Positions 1 to 9,206 are shown, counted from the first letter of the stretch. The stretch: DNA of 64,000 nucleotides from Bacteroidales bacterium (GCA_016937855.1 JAFGVU010000025.1:464-64463), one strand, 5' to 3'. Made by a program: numbers and translations. The notes: generated by a model from the sequence alone, not told the origin.

Positions 1-174
1 GGACACCTTCCAAATGTACCTAGTGAAACTATTGTTTTACAAAACGAAGGATTTGAGCTTGGTGCTTTTTGCTTGATTTTACTCGAAAAAATTGAGGAAC
101 TATCACTCCATGCAATACAGCAGGAAAAACGAATAAGAGAGTTAGAAAACAATACTAGTATTAACTCTAAATAA
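1..174 (+). CDS. 3' end of a CDS that begins upstream of the window (last 57 aa, ...QQEKRIRELENNTSINSK*); function not assignable
   Basis: Frame 1 is open from nt 1 to TAA at 172-174. Absent from the ORF track because it has no in-window start. Coiled-coil-like tail. Confidence 0.45.
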   Translation, partial: GHLPNVPSETIVLQNEGFELGAFCLILLEKIEELSLHAIQQEKRIRELENNTSINSK

Positions 175-181
175 GCCAGTT

Positions 182-1657
182 ATGAAAAAGATATTTCCAA
201 TTATAATAGTGCTTATTAGCCTTTTTGCTCTTACAACCAATGCGCAAAGTGTTGTATCGCAGGAGTTAAGCGTTGATACAAGTAAACTTGATAATTTTTC
301 ATATTATTTTAACGAGCAACAAAAAATCCGAAAAGAACAGTCTGGTTATTTTGCTAGTGATGAAGAGGTTAAATCATGGTATTATGATAGTGATCACATG
401 ACCAGAGAAAATGGAAGTATAAAGCTTTATAGGGATTTTAATAAATATAAACAAGTTTCATATCCGGTAAAAAACAAAGAAATATTTAATACAGTGTTAC
501 CTGACGCAGAAATGTTATTTGAATATGTTTATGGTGAAATGGAATTGTACAGTCAGCGACTACTGGCAAAGTATAATGGAAAATATTATGGTCTTGGACA
601 GTTCAATCATTTGCTAGAAACCTTTGGAATAAACGAACAAATAACAGTCGAAGAAAAAATTGAATGTGTAATAAATTGGGCTTACTGGTTGTATGACCAG
701 AATATTGAAATCCTCAAAATAGAACAAACTAGTGAAAGAATGCCTTATGATACAATAATTAATCATAGAGTTTCTCTTGATTCGGAAGAAAAAATTGCAG
801 TAAATGTTCATTTTGACTACCAAGCAGAATACTATGGCAGAATAATACTTGAAGGTAACGAAATGGAGTTTTATGCTACAATTGTAGGAGACAAAAAGTT
901 TATCAAATCTATTAATTTATTTAACCCAGGAACTAAGGATTCTATTTTTCCTCATAACCAAGAATTAAAATACAACATTAGTCTGAAAACCAACAATCCA
1001 AATTATCAGAATGATAAGAGTATGTATCGATACGACTATTTAAACATAGAAATTAATGGTTCAAGTAATTTAGTTGAAACAAAGGTTCAGGATAAGGCTG
1101 ATGCGATTAATGTTAATGATTATTGCCGTGTAGTTTATTATCCAGCCAGTTCATCAAATATTGTTTTAAACATACCAATAAATTATGTGCAAAGCCTTTA
1201 TAATGTTGATATTCTTATAAAAAGTATAGGATCAACAGAATCGCATTCAATTTATTTTGAAAACTTACCCGTATTATATCAGACTGGAGTCCATGCAAAC
1301 ATTACCAATCTTCCTTCTGGATTTTATGAGGTACTTTATCGTGCACATTCCGACAATAACGGAAATCCATTTAATTATTTGGAAGACTCATACATTATCC
1401 CCGAATCCTATTCCTATCAAACTCTAACAGCCACCGGTCAAACAGTTAAATACTACTATATTAATCAAATGTTCAATTATGATTACTCCGCTGCAAATTC
1501 ATATATAAATCATCTTCACTCTAGAATGAATGAGGTATGTACAAAATACATCAATGATGGTCTAATTACTCAAGATCAATTTTTTGATGATAATGATGTT
1601 ATTGATATAAGTATCACAAATCGTGCTTTTTATTTATCTCAATTTTGCAATAAATAA
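182..1657 (+). CDS. Secreted hypothetical protein (491 aa)
   Basis: Long ORF with a signal-peptide-like N-terminus MKKIFPIIIVLISLFALTTNAQ. No catalytic motif recognised. Confidence 0.7.
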   Translation: MKKIFPIIIVLISLFALTTNAQSVVSQELSVDTSKLDNFSYYFNEQQKIRKEQSGYFASDEEVKSWYYDSDHMTRENGSIKLYRDFNKYKQVSYPVKNKEIFNTVLPDAEMLFEYVYGEMELYSQRLLAKYNGKYYGLGQFNHLLETFGINEQITVEEKIECVINWAYWLYDQNIEILKIEQTSERMPYDTIINHRVSLDSEEKIAVNVHFDYQAEYYGRIILEGNEMEFYATIVGDKKFIKSINLFNPGTKDSIFPHNQELKYNISLKTNNPNYQNDKSMYRYDYLNIEINGSSNLVETKVQDKADAINVNDYCRVVYYPASSSNIVLNIPINYVQSLYNVDILIKSIGSTESHSIYFENLPVLYQTGVHANITNLPSGFYEVLYRAHSDNNGNPFNYLEDSYIIPESYSYQTLTATGQTVKYYYINQMFNYDYSAANSYINHLHSRMNEVCTKYINDGLITQDQFFDDNDVIDISITNRAFYLSQFCNK

Positions 1658-1700
1658 TCAAACTATTTATATATTTACATTCTCACTAAAACTAAAAATT

Positions 1701-2369
1701 ATGAAAGCAAAACTGTTGATTATTGGCCTAATGTATCTCTCAATTACCAGCTCAATTTTTGGACAAAGTTCCGATTTAAATGTTTGCACACCAAAAACGG
1801 TTATATTATACCGTGGCATTGAAAATCCCATTAATATTAATTTTGCCGATGCTTCCGAAAGCGAGCTGCTTATCGAACTAAGCAAAGGCGCAATTCTCAC
1901 GAAAAAAGATGAACAGACTTCGATTTTTGTGCCAGGAAACTTTAGCGAAAGTGCAATAAAAATGTCAGTACAACTAGCATCTGACAAAAATAAAAAGGAA
2001 GAATATGTATTTAAAGTTGTTGACATCCCAACTCCAAATGTTTATTTAGGGGAGTTAGACAGATCTGTTGGTAGTTATTCAAAAGAAGAAGTCCTCAATA
2101 ATTTAAGTTTTACAATTACTAATCAGGAGAACTTTCTTTATGATGTAGAATATGAAATTGTTTCATACGACTTTTTTTATTACGTTGGAGAGGTTACAAA
2201 TATGGTGAAAATTAAATCGGGCGATATTAGCAATATTGTTATTGATTACGTTAAAACAGCAGATGCTCCCTCTCAAAAGATAGATTTTGGTCTAAATTTA
2301 AAAGGTCCTGATGGCGTTGAAATGGATGCCTATTTTGGGGTTAACATTTTTAATGGTTGGGACAAGTAG
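1701..2369 (+). CDS. Secreted stand-alone GldM C-terminal-domain-like protein
   Basis: ORF 1623..2369 trimmed to ATG 1701 (MKAKLLIIGLMYLSITSSIFGQ signal peptide). VILYRGIENPININ, FKVVDIPTPNVYLG, NFLYDVEYEIVSYDF and LKGPDGVEMD resemble the C-terminal Ig-like domains of the gliding/T9SS protein GldM. Confidence 0.55.
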   Translation: MKAKLLIIGLMYLSITSSIFGQSSDLNVCTPKTVILYRGIENPININFADASESELLIELSKGAILTKKDEQTSIFVPGNFSESAIKMSVQLASDKNKKEEYVFKVVDIPTPNVYLGELDRSVGSYSKEEVLNNLSFTITNQENFLYDVEYEIVSYDFFYYVGEVTNMVKIKSGDISNIVIDYVKTADAPSQKIDFGLNLKGPDGVEMDAYFGVNIFNGWDK

Positions 2370-2400
2370 TGTCCTCCAGAGCGTATCTAAAAAATCTTAT

Positions 2401-3357
2401 TTAATTCTTCTTAAACAACGAATCAACAAATTCTCTACGATTAAAAACCTGGAGGTCGTCAATACCTTCGCCAATACCGATATATCTGACAGGGATTTTA
2501 AACTGATCTGATACACCTATTACCACACCTCCTTTAGCTGTGCCATCGAGTTTGGTTACAGATAGGGATGTAACATCTGTTGCTTTGGTAAATTGTTTTG
2601 CTTGTTCGTAGGCATTTTGTCCTGTCGAGCCGTCGATAATCAGCATAACTTCGTGAGGTGCAGTTTCGACAACTTTTTGCATCACTCGTTTGATTTTTGA
2701 CAGCTCATTCATTAAGTTTACTTTGTTATGCAATCTACCTGCAGTATCTATAATAACAACATCGGCATCAGCTTTTACAGCTGCCTGTATTGTATCAAAA
2801 GCAACAGAAGCAGGATCAGACCCCATATTTTGGCGAATCATCTGCACGCCTACTCTATCAGCCCAAATCTGAAGTTGATCGATTGCAGCTGCTCTAAAAG
2901 TATCTGCAGCCCCAATAATTACTTTTTTACCTGCATTTTTATACTTGTTTGCGAGTTTACCAATGGTTGTTGTTTTTCCGACACCATTAACTCCGACAAC
3001 CATAATTACATAGGGTTTAAACTCTGCTAAAACCTCGCTCTCGTCACGTTTATCAGCATTATTTTCCTCTAATAACGATGCAATAGTATCGCGTAACAAT
3101 TCGTTTAACTCTTCGGTTCCGACATACTTTTCAGACTTTACTCTTTGCTCGATTCTCTCAATAATGCGCACCGTTGTTTCAACACCGACATCAGAGGCAA
3201 TTAACACTTCTTCGAGTTCATCAAGAACATCAGAATCAACTTTTGATTTTGAAAAAACTATTCTGTTTAACTTATCGAAAACGCTGGTGCGGGTTTTTTC
3301 GAGACCTTTATCCAGTTTTTCCTTTTTATCTTTTCCAAAGAGACCAAAGAGAGCCAT
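2401..3357 (-). CDS. ftsY: Signal recognition particle receptor FtsY
   Basis: 318 aa with the SRP-GTPase motifs GVNGVGKTTTIGKLA, DTAGRL and TKLDGTAKGG. Sits in the typical position downstream of rpmB-rpmG. Confidence 0.95.
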   Translation of the reverse strand: MALFGLFGKDKKEKLDKGLEKTRTSVFDKLNRIVFSKSKVDSDVLDELEEVLIASDVGVETTVRIIERIEQRVKSEKYVGTEELNELLRDTIASLLEENNADKRDESEVLAEFKPYVIMVVGVNGVGKTTTIGKLANKYKNAGKKVIIGAADTFRAAAIDQLQIWADRVGVQMIRQNMGSDPASVAFDTIQAAVKADADVVIIDTAGRLHNKVNLMNELSKIKRVMQKVVETAPHEVMLIIDGSTGQNAYEQAKQFTKATDVTSLSVTKLDGTAKGGVVIGVSDQFKIPVRYIGIGEGIDDLQVFNRREFVDSLFKKN

Positions 3358-3372
3358 AATCTGTTTTTTTTA

Positions 3373-3380
3373 CAAAGATA
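3373..3380 (-). promoter_or_regulatory. Candidate Bacteroidota -7 promoter box (TATCTTTG, consensus TAnnTTTG) for ftsY
   Basis: The minus strand reads gaaTATCTTTGtaaaaaaaaacagattATG, placing the box about 17 nt upstream of the ftsY ATG. Confidence 0.35.
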
Positions 3381-3390
3381 TTCTAAAATA

Positions 3391-3431
3391 TAAATAAAAC
3401 AAAAGCACCCCGCAACAAATGCAAGGTGCTT
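3391..3431 (-). terminator. Possible intrinsic terminator after the rpmB-rpmG-DUF4295 unit
   Basis: On the minus strand, stem aagcacc/ggtgctt (3403-3409 / 3425-3431) has a 15-nt loop and is followed by ttttgttttattt. Confidence 0.4.
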
Positions 3432-3454
3432 TAATATATTTAAACAACTAAGTT

Positions 3455-3610
3455 TTATTTTTTCGCAAAAAACTCTTTTGATAATTCTTTATCAATGATA
3501 GTTTCTTTAAATTGATAAGCACCTGTTTCAGGTGATTTTACCATTTTAATACATTTGACAACGCTACGGCCGCCTTCTCTTTTAAGTGTTGCAACTACTT
3601 TCTTTGCCAT
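3455..3610 (-). CDS. Small conserved DUF4295-family protein (51 aa)
   Basis: Hand translation gives MAKKVVATLKREGGRSVVKCIKMVKSPETGAYQFKETIIDKELSKEFFAKK*. It is below the ORF-track size cut-off. It sits immediately downstream of rpmG, as in other Bacteroidota. Confidence 0.7.
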   Translation of the reverse strand: MAKKVVATLKREGGRSVVKCIKMVKSPETGAYQFKETIIDKELSKEFFAKK

Positions 3611-3618
3611 GATTCAAA

Positions 3619-3807
3619 TTATTTAATTTCTTTATGAACTGTAACTTTTTTCAAAATAGGGTTATATTTTTTCAACTCCATTCTATCAGGAGTATTTTTT
3701 CTGTTTTTAACAGTAATATACCTAGATGTTCCGGGCATTCCGGACTCTTTATGTTCAGTGCATTCTAAAATTACCTGAACTCGGTTTCCTTTACTTTTCT
3801 TAGCCAT
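3619..3807 (-). CDS. rpmG: 50S ribosomal protein L33
   Basis: 62 aa, [20 protein letters not shown]...[21 protein letters not shown]..., a typical L33. Confidence 0.95.
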   Translation of the reverse strand: MAKKSKGNRVQVILECTEHKESGMPGTSRYITVKNRKNTPDRMELKKYNPILKKVTVHKEIK

Positions 3808-3824
3808 TTTTTTACCTCCTGATC

Positions 3825-4061
3825 TTAATTAATGTAACCTTTTTCTTTTGCTTCTTTTAAAGCAACAGTCAAACCTTTTTTCGAAATGGTTTTAATTCCT
3901 GCAGCAGACACTTTTAATGTAACCCATTCCTTAGTATCTTCGTTAAAAAAACGCTTTGTATGCAAGTTTACATCAAATGTTCTTTTTGTTCTACGTTTTG
4001 AGTGAGATACGTTATTTCCACCCATTGCTGTCTTTCCTGTAATTTGACAAATTTTTGCCAT
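3825..4061 (-). CDS. rpmB: 50S ribosomal protein L28
   Basis: 78 aa, [10 protein letters not shown]...[19 protein letters not shown]..., a typical L28. Confidence 0.95.
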   Translation of the reverse strand: MAKICQITGKTAMGGNNVSHSKRRTKRTFDVNLHTKRFFNEDTKEWVTLKVSAAGIKTISKKGLTVALKEAKEKGYIN

Positions 4062-4199
4062 AACTCTAGTATCTTTAAATTTTAGGACTGCAAAAATCGT
4101 TATTTTTATTTTAATACCAAAACTTTTTGGCGTTTTTTTTCACTATTTTAATTAAAAACATGTTAACAACTCTCTTAACGCTTGATATTGTGAGGTTTA

Positions 4200-4545
4200 G
4201 ATTGTTGAAAACTGTTTATCGGGTTATCAGTCCCGAAGAATAAAAAATCTATGATTTTTGTTATTCTTCGAGCCCCGTAAACGAGGGTCTAAGGAGATGC
4301 TCGTTAAATCCCGAACCTCTGGTTCGAGGATCTCGAGAATTAGAAATTGCTTTGCATTCTTTTTTTAAGGATACTGTTAAAACTATAAATTGGATTTTTA
4401 GTAAAACTAAATGCAATTTCTGTCCTGTTAAAATTCGAGGCCCCTCGACTAGTCAAAGGCTTAGTCGGGATTTTAACGGGATTGATCAGTTTATCGGATA
4501 CAACCTCAGCGATTACTGACGCTGTCATGGAAACGTTAAAAAAAC
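4200..4545. repeat. Cluster of nested inverted repeats / hairpins in an ORF-free spacer (possible structured RNA or hairpin repeat elements)
   Basis: Hairpin cgaagaataaaaaatc / gatttt(tg)ttattcttcg at 4234-4270. Hairpin cgaacc-tct-ggttcg at 4312-4326. Long-range pairs agaaattgc (4342-4350) / gcaatttct (4413-4421) and ctcgagaatt (4331-4340) / aattcgag (4432-4439). Confidence 0.5.
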
Positions 4546-4569
4546 ATAAAAAAATCTGCAAACTACATA

Positions 4570-5736
4570 TTGCTCTTCACAAATAAATTTATACTTTTAC
4601 AAACTGATAATCTTAAAATTATAATTATCGTGGAAGAGAATACATTTGACCCAAAACTATCTGACACCAATCAGGATGAAATAGTTTGCAGTAACTGCGC
4701 TGCCAAATTAGAATTTGAACCGGGCACGACATCATTAACCTGTCCGTATTGCGGAACAAAAAATGAAATTGCGATACGTGAGGAGTCAATCGATGAGCTT
4801 GATTTTGAACACTATTTAAAAGAAGCTGAAGTTGGCGACGAACTCGAGGAAGTTGCAACAATTGCTTGTAATGCATGTGGTGCTGTAACAACACTCGACC
4901 CAAATATTGTTTCAAGCGATTGCCCGTTTTGCGGAAACAAACTAATTGTTAAAAACGAAAGTACGTCAAAACAAATTAAGCCAAAATCATTATTGCCGTT
5001 TAAAATCACAAGTAAAGAGGCTTTACAGTCATTTAAAACTTGGCTTAAGAAACTATGGTTTGCACCTCCGGGATTAAAAAAATATGCAACTCAAGCTGAG
5101 AAAATTGCAGGCATGTATATCCCGTATTGGACGTATGACTCTGATACTTACTCAAATTACAAAGGTCAACGTGGCGATGACTATACCACAACAGAGACCT
5201 ATACAGACAATGGTGAGACAAAGACCCGAACAGTCACCAAAACACGTTGGACAAATGTATCAGGCAGCATAAGCTTGTTTTTTGATGATGTTCTTGTAAT
5301 TGCCAGCAAATCTCTACCACAAAACAAAATCGATAAACTCGAACCATGGGATTTAGAGAATCTCACTCCATTTGACGAAAAATTCTTATCCGGTTTTCGT
5401 ACCGAAACATACAGAATCGGTTTAAAAGAAGGGTTCGATGTTGCCAAAATAAAGATGGATCCAAAAATCAGAGAAGCCATTAAAAGACAAATTGGTGGCG
5501 ATCATCAAAAAGTAACCTGGTTATCAACAGCTTACTCGAATATCACATTTAAACACACACTCTTACCTATTTGGATTAGTGCTTACAGATTTAAAGATAA
5601 AGTCTATCGATTTATTGTTAATGGCAGAACAGGCAAAGTTCAAGGCGAACGTCCTTGGTGCTGGTGGAAAATCGCACTGCTTGTCATTGCAATACTAGGA
5701 GCTTTCGCAGCAATATATTATTTCTTTGGTGAATAA
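4570..5736 (+). CDS. Double zinc-ribbon protein with a C-terminal transmembrane anchor (hypothetical)
   Basis: Two CxxC...CxxC ribbons (CSNCAAK..CPYCGT and CNACGAV..CPFCGN) and a C-terminal helix WWKIALLVIAILGAFAAIYYFF. There is no ATG near the 5' end: the track start is TTG 4570, and GTG 4630 is an alternative. Confidence 0.7.
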   Translation: MLFTNKFILLQTDNLKIIIIVEENTFDPKLSDTNQDEIVCSNCAAKLEFEPGTTSLTCPYCGTKNEIAIREESIDELDFEHYLKEAEVGDELEEVATIACNACGAVTTLDPNIVSSDCPFCGNKLIVKNESTSKQIKPKSLLPFKITSKEALQSFKTWLKKLWFAPPGLKKYATQAEKIAGMYIPYWTYDSDTYSNYKGQRGDDYTTTETYTDNGETKTRTVTKTRWTNVSGSISLFFDDVLVIASKSLPQNKIDKLEPWDLENLTPFDEKFLSGFRTETYRIGLKEGFDVAKIKMDPKIREAIKRQIGGDHQKVTWLSTAYSNITFKHTLLPIWISAYRFKDKVYRFIVNGRTGKVQGERPWCWWKIALLVIAILGAFAAIYYFFGE

Positions 5737-5756
5737 CAATTAAAAATTCAAATTAT

Positions 5757-7415
5757 ATGAAAACAAAAATCTCTTACATCATGATTTTAATGGCAATCAC
5801 AGTGCTTTTTGCAGCATGTGATAACGCCGCAAACAAAAATGAAGAAGAACAACAAGAACTTACAGAAATGCAAAAACTTGTTAATAACTATGCTGAAGTT
5901 GAGCTTAGTGCAGACCTAAGTCATTTAAATGCAAATCAAAAAGAATTGCTAAAAAAACTTATCGAAGTTGCCGATATTATGGAAGAACTTTTCTGGAAAG
6001 ATGCAATTGGCGACAAAGAAACATTTTTAGCCGGAATAGAAGATGAGTCTGCAAAACAATATGCAATGATTAACTACGGACCATGGGACAGACTTAATGG
6101 TAACGAGCCATTTATTGAAGAATTCGGACCAAAGCCTGCCGGAGCAAACTATTATCCGCAAGATATAACTGCCGAAGAATTTGATGCTTTTAACGATCCG
6201 AATAAAAATAGCTGGTACACTTTACTTCGCAGAAACGAAGAAGGAAATCTAGTTTGCGTTTGGTATCACGAAGAATATGCCGAAGAAATCGAAAGAGCAG
6301 CGATTTTACTCGAAGAAGCTGCAGAACTTGCCGAAGACCCCGGCTTTAAAAACTACTTACAGCTTAGAGCTACAGCTCTACGTACCGACGAGTATCTTGC
6401 CAGCGATTTAGCTTGGATGGATATGAAAGATAATATGATTGACTTCGTTGTTGGTCCTATCGAAAGTTACGAAGATGGTTTTAAAGGAATAAAAGCTGCT
6501 CATTCGGGACAAATACTTGTTAAAGATCTTGTTTGGAGTAAAAATATTGAACATTTTAACCAAGTTTTACCTGATTTACAATCCGGACTACCAGTAGCAG
6601 ATGAATACAAAAAAGAAGATGCTTCTACATCAGGCGACATGAATGTTTACTATGTAATTTATTATGGTGGTGATTGTAATGCAGGCAGCAAAAATATTGC
6701 AATTAACCTTCCAAACGACCCAAGAGTTCACTCCGAAAAAGGATCAAGAAAATTGCAACTTAAAAATGCTATGCAAGCTAAATTTGACAAAATTCTTGTG
6801 CCAATTGCCGACCTACTTATTGAAGAATCTCAGCTAAAACACATAAAATTCGAAGATGGATTTTTCCAAAATGTGATGTTCCACGAAGTTGCTCATGGTT
6901 TAGGAGTAAAATATACTATTGACGGTTCAATGTCGGTGCGCGAAGCTCTGGAAGAATATTACAGTCCAATTGAGGAAGCAAAAGCTGATATTGCAGGCTT
7001 ATATATGGTTACTCAACTCTACGAAATGGGAGAATTCCCTCAAAAAGACCTAATGGATAATTATGTAACTTTCCTAGCAGGGATTTTCCGCTCGGTTCGT
7101 TTTGGGGTTGCTAGTTCGCACGGTAAAGCCAACATGTTAGAGTTTTACTATCTACAAGAAAAAGGTGCTTTTACTCGTAACGAAGAAACCGGCAAATACT
7201 CGGTTAACTTTGAGGTTATGAAACAAGCTGTTGCCGATTTAGTAAACGAAATCATTGTTATTCAGGGTGATGGAAACAAAGAGGCTGCAAAACAATGGAT
7301 AGACACCAAAAGCTCAGTTGGCGAAGAATTGCAAAAAGATTTGGATAGAATTGCCGAAGCAGGAATTCCAAAAGACATAGTGTTTAAACAAGGTGCAGAT
7401 GTTTTAGGATTGTAA
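5757..7415 (+). CDS. Lipoprotein, M49 (dipeptidyl-peptidase III)-like zinc metallopeptidase with a pentapeptide HExxH site
   Basis: Lipobox LFAAC. FHEVAHGLG plus a downstream EEAKAD, which matches the HExxH / EExxAD arrangement of the short bacterial DPP III-like group. Confidence 0.65.
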   Translation: MKTKISYIMILMAITVLFAACDNAANKNEEEQQELTEMQKLVNNYAEVELSADLSHLNANQKELLKKLIEVADIMEELFWKDAIGDKETFLAGIEDESAKQYAMINYGPWDRLNGNEPFIEEFGPKPAGANYYPQDITAEEFDAFNDPNKNSWYTLLRRNEEGNLVCVWYHEEYAEEIERAAILLEEAAELAEDPGFKNYLQLRATALRTDEYLASDLAWMDMKDNMIDFVVGPIESYEDGFKGIKAAHSGQILVKDLVWSKNIEHFNQVLPDLQSGLPVADEYKKEDASTSGDMNVYYVIYYGGDCNAGSKNIAINLPNDPRVHSEKGSRKLQLKNAMQAKFDKILVPIADLLIEESQLKHIKFEDGFFQNVMFHEVAHGLGVKYTIDGSMSVREALEEYYSPIEEAKADIAGLYMVTQLYEMGEFPQKDLMDNYVTFLAGIFRSVRFGVASSHGKANMLEFYYLQEKGAFTRNEETGKYSVNFEVMKQAVADLVNEIIVIQGDGNKEAAKQWIDTKSSVGEELQKDLDRIAEAGIPKDIVFKQGADVLGL

Positions 7416-7440
7416 AAACAAACTGACACTATATATTTTA

Positions 7441-7472
7441 AATGACCGGAGTTTTGCTTCGGTCATTTTTTA
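7441..7472 (+). terminator. Rho-independent terminator
   Basis: A 10-bp stem aatgaccgga / ttcggtcatt with a 7-nt loop, followed by a T-run. Confidence 0.8.
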
Positions 7473-7617
7473 TACTCAACTTGGATAGAATTTTTATTTA
7501 GTGGCTACTCAAAAGCACTCAACACATTGAATATCAACTAGATAAATGAATCTAATCGATGAAGAATTTCTTTAAAAAGTAGTAGCAATGGAAAGGAATT
7601 AGTATATACTCCAAAAA

Positions 7618-8310
7618 CTAAACAAAATAACGACATTCGGAATACTTGCATTCTTTATTTGCAAAACTAAAATTACATGCAATTTGTGATAGTGGAAGCT
7701 CTATGTTAAACTTTTCAATTAGAAACTCTATTGCACATTCAATAGCAATAAATGTATTTCTCTTACAACATCTTGGTCCTCCAGCTTCGGCAATTCTTAA
7801 TAATGTTTTACCGGTAATCATATTAACAAGACTGTATTCTTCACCAGAAAGAGGGCTACTATTTAAAACTATGCTCAGAAATATCCCATTTCCCATTCCT
7901 GCACCACAAGTACCATAGAAGCCGCAAAACCCGCCTAATACATTTGCAGATCTTTTCTTTGCTTTTGCTAAAGATGGTTTAATTTTCTCCGATTCTCCAA
8001 TAAAATTGTAATATGTGGTGAGCAAAACTGCCGGAACTAAAAAATGATGTTCAGGACCGTGTGGTTTTATCGACTTATGTTTCATTATTAGGTTTGCAAG
8101 CATGTAAGGATCTTTCTCAGCAGAGTTTAAACATACATTTTCAATAAACTCTACTCCTTGTGCCTGATGACAAACATCGCAAACAAAATGGGAATTAATA
8201 CATTCTGCATTAGATTCCAACTCTTTTCCACATATTGCACATTTCATCGGCTTACTTTCTGAAGAATAAGCCAATTCGGCACCACAAATAAAACAGGATT
8301 CGTGTAGCAT
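7618..8310 (-). CDS. Cysteine-rich putative metal-binding protein (DUF5714-like), function unknown
   Basis: Track start TTG 8322 trimmed to ATG 8310 (MLHESCFICGAEL...). Cys motifs: CxxC x13 CxxC, then CDVCH, GFCGFYGTCGAG, PRCCKR and CKYSEC. Confidence 0.6.
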   Translation of the reverse strand: MLHESCFICGAELAYSSESKPMKCAICGKELESNAECINSHFVCDVCHQAQGVEFIENVCLNSAEKDPYMLANLIMKHKSIKPHGPEHHFLVPAVLLTTYYNFIGESEKIKPSLAKAKKRSANVLGGFCGFYGTCGAGMGNGIFLSIVLNSSPLSGEEYSLVNMITGKTLLRIAEAGGPRCCKRNTFIAIECAIEFLIEKFNIELPLSQIACNFSFANKECKYSECRYFV

Positions 8311-8405
8311 TTTTTTTTGCAAAGTAATATATTTTTATGTGAGATAAAAAAGAGTTTTGTCTTTAAACTCTCAAATTCAAATTGAATTCAATACAATTTC
8401 CGTTA

Positions 8406-9101
8406 TCACTCACTAACCAATCTCACCTCTGTCCTACGATTTTTTGCTCTTCCTTCGTCGCTATTGTTAGGTGCAATTGGAGAACTTTCGCCATATCCTT
8501 TTGCTCGAATTCGGTTAGCAGAAATCCCTTTTCCAATAAGATAATTCCTCACTGATTCTGCACGTTCCTGAGAGAGTTTCAGATTTGATTCATCCGCCCC
8601 AATATCATCTGTATGTCCTGCAATTTCGACAACGGTTGTTTTCTTTAGAGTAAGATATTCGTAAAGCTCGTTTAGTTCCTTGTAAGATGCCTGCTTCAAA
8701 GTTGCCTTACCAGTATCAAAATAGACATTATCAAGTGTAAAAAGTTTAGGTAATTCAATTTGAATATCGATATTAAAATATAGTCCTGTTTGATTTGGTT
8801 CAAGAGCCGGAATGCTAAAATCTGTGTAATATTGCTCCTGATTAAACCCTTTTATTTTAATTGTATAATCCCTGTTGTATGGTAAGACAACACTAAATTT
8901 ACCTTTGTCATCGCTAATAGCTGTAAAGATTTTGTCATCATCTTTGTTCTCAAATATAATTGCTTCTCCAATTTTCACATTGTTGCTAAAATCGGTAATT
9001 ACACCTTCTATTTCGGCTCCTGGCTCCACTGTTTGTGCTTGTGTTTTAATGCTATATGCAAATAAAAAAGCAATTAATGACACGATTATTATTTTCATCA
9101 T
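8406..9101 (-). CDS. OmpA-family peptidoglycan-binding protein with an N-terminal carboxypeptidase-regulatory-like domain
   Basis: Signal peptide. OmpA_C motifs: VEIAGHTDDIGADESNLKLSQERAESV and NRRTEVRLV. Confidence 0.85.
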   Translation of the reverse strand: MMKIIIVSLIAFLFAYSIKTQAQTVEPGAEIEGVITDFSNNVKIGEAIIFENKDDDKIFTAISDDKGKFSVVLPYNRDYTIKIKGFNQEQYYTDFSIPALEPNQTGLYFNIDIQIELPKLFTLDNVYFDTGKATLKQASYKELNELYEYLTLKKTTVVEIAGHTDDIGADESNLKLSQERAESVRNYLIGKGISANRIRAKGYGESSPIAPNNSDEGRAKNRRTEVRLVSE

Positions 9102-9206
9102 TTTCCAAAAATTTGATTCTAAATATTACAATATATGTGCCGTTAAATATTTGTCAACAGCAACGACATTATTATAAACGGATTAGATATAAATAAGTTG
9201 TAATTA

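Noticed and set aside
4340-4561. 73-aa ORF on the minus strand in the rpmB upstream spacer.
   Set aside because: It overlaps the hairpin cluster, has odd composition and no recognisable motif, and would need to start inside the neighbouring gene's start region. It is most likely a chance ORF.
4062-4569. Considered whether the structured spacer is RNase P RNA, tmRNA or SRP RNA, given its suitable size and GC-rich islands.
   Set aside because: None of the universal motifs I know are present on either strand. For RNase P there is no GGAAAGTCCGG / ACAGAACCCGGCTTA P4 pair. For tmRNA there is no GGGG...acceptor/T-arm with a tag ORF ending ALAA. For SRP there is no GGUGCUGUUUACCAGG-type domain IV. 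The ggttcgagg at 4321 is not a tRNA T-arm in a cloverleaf context.
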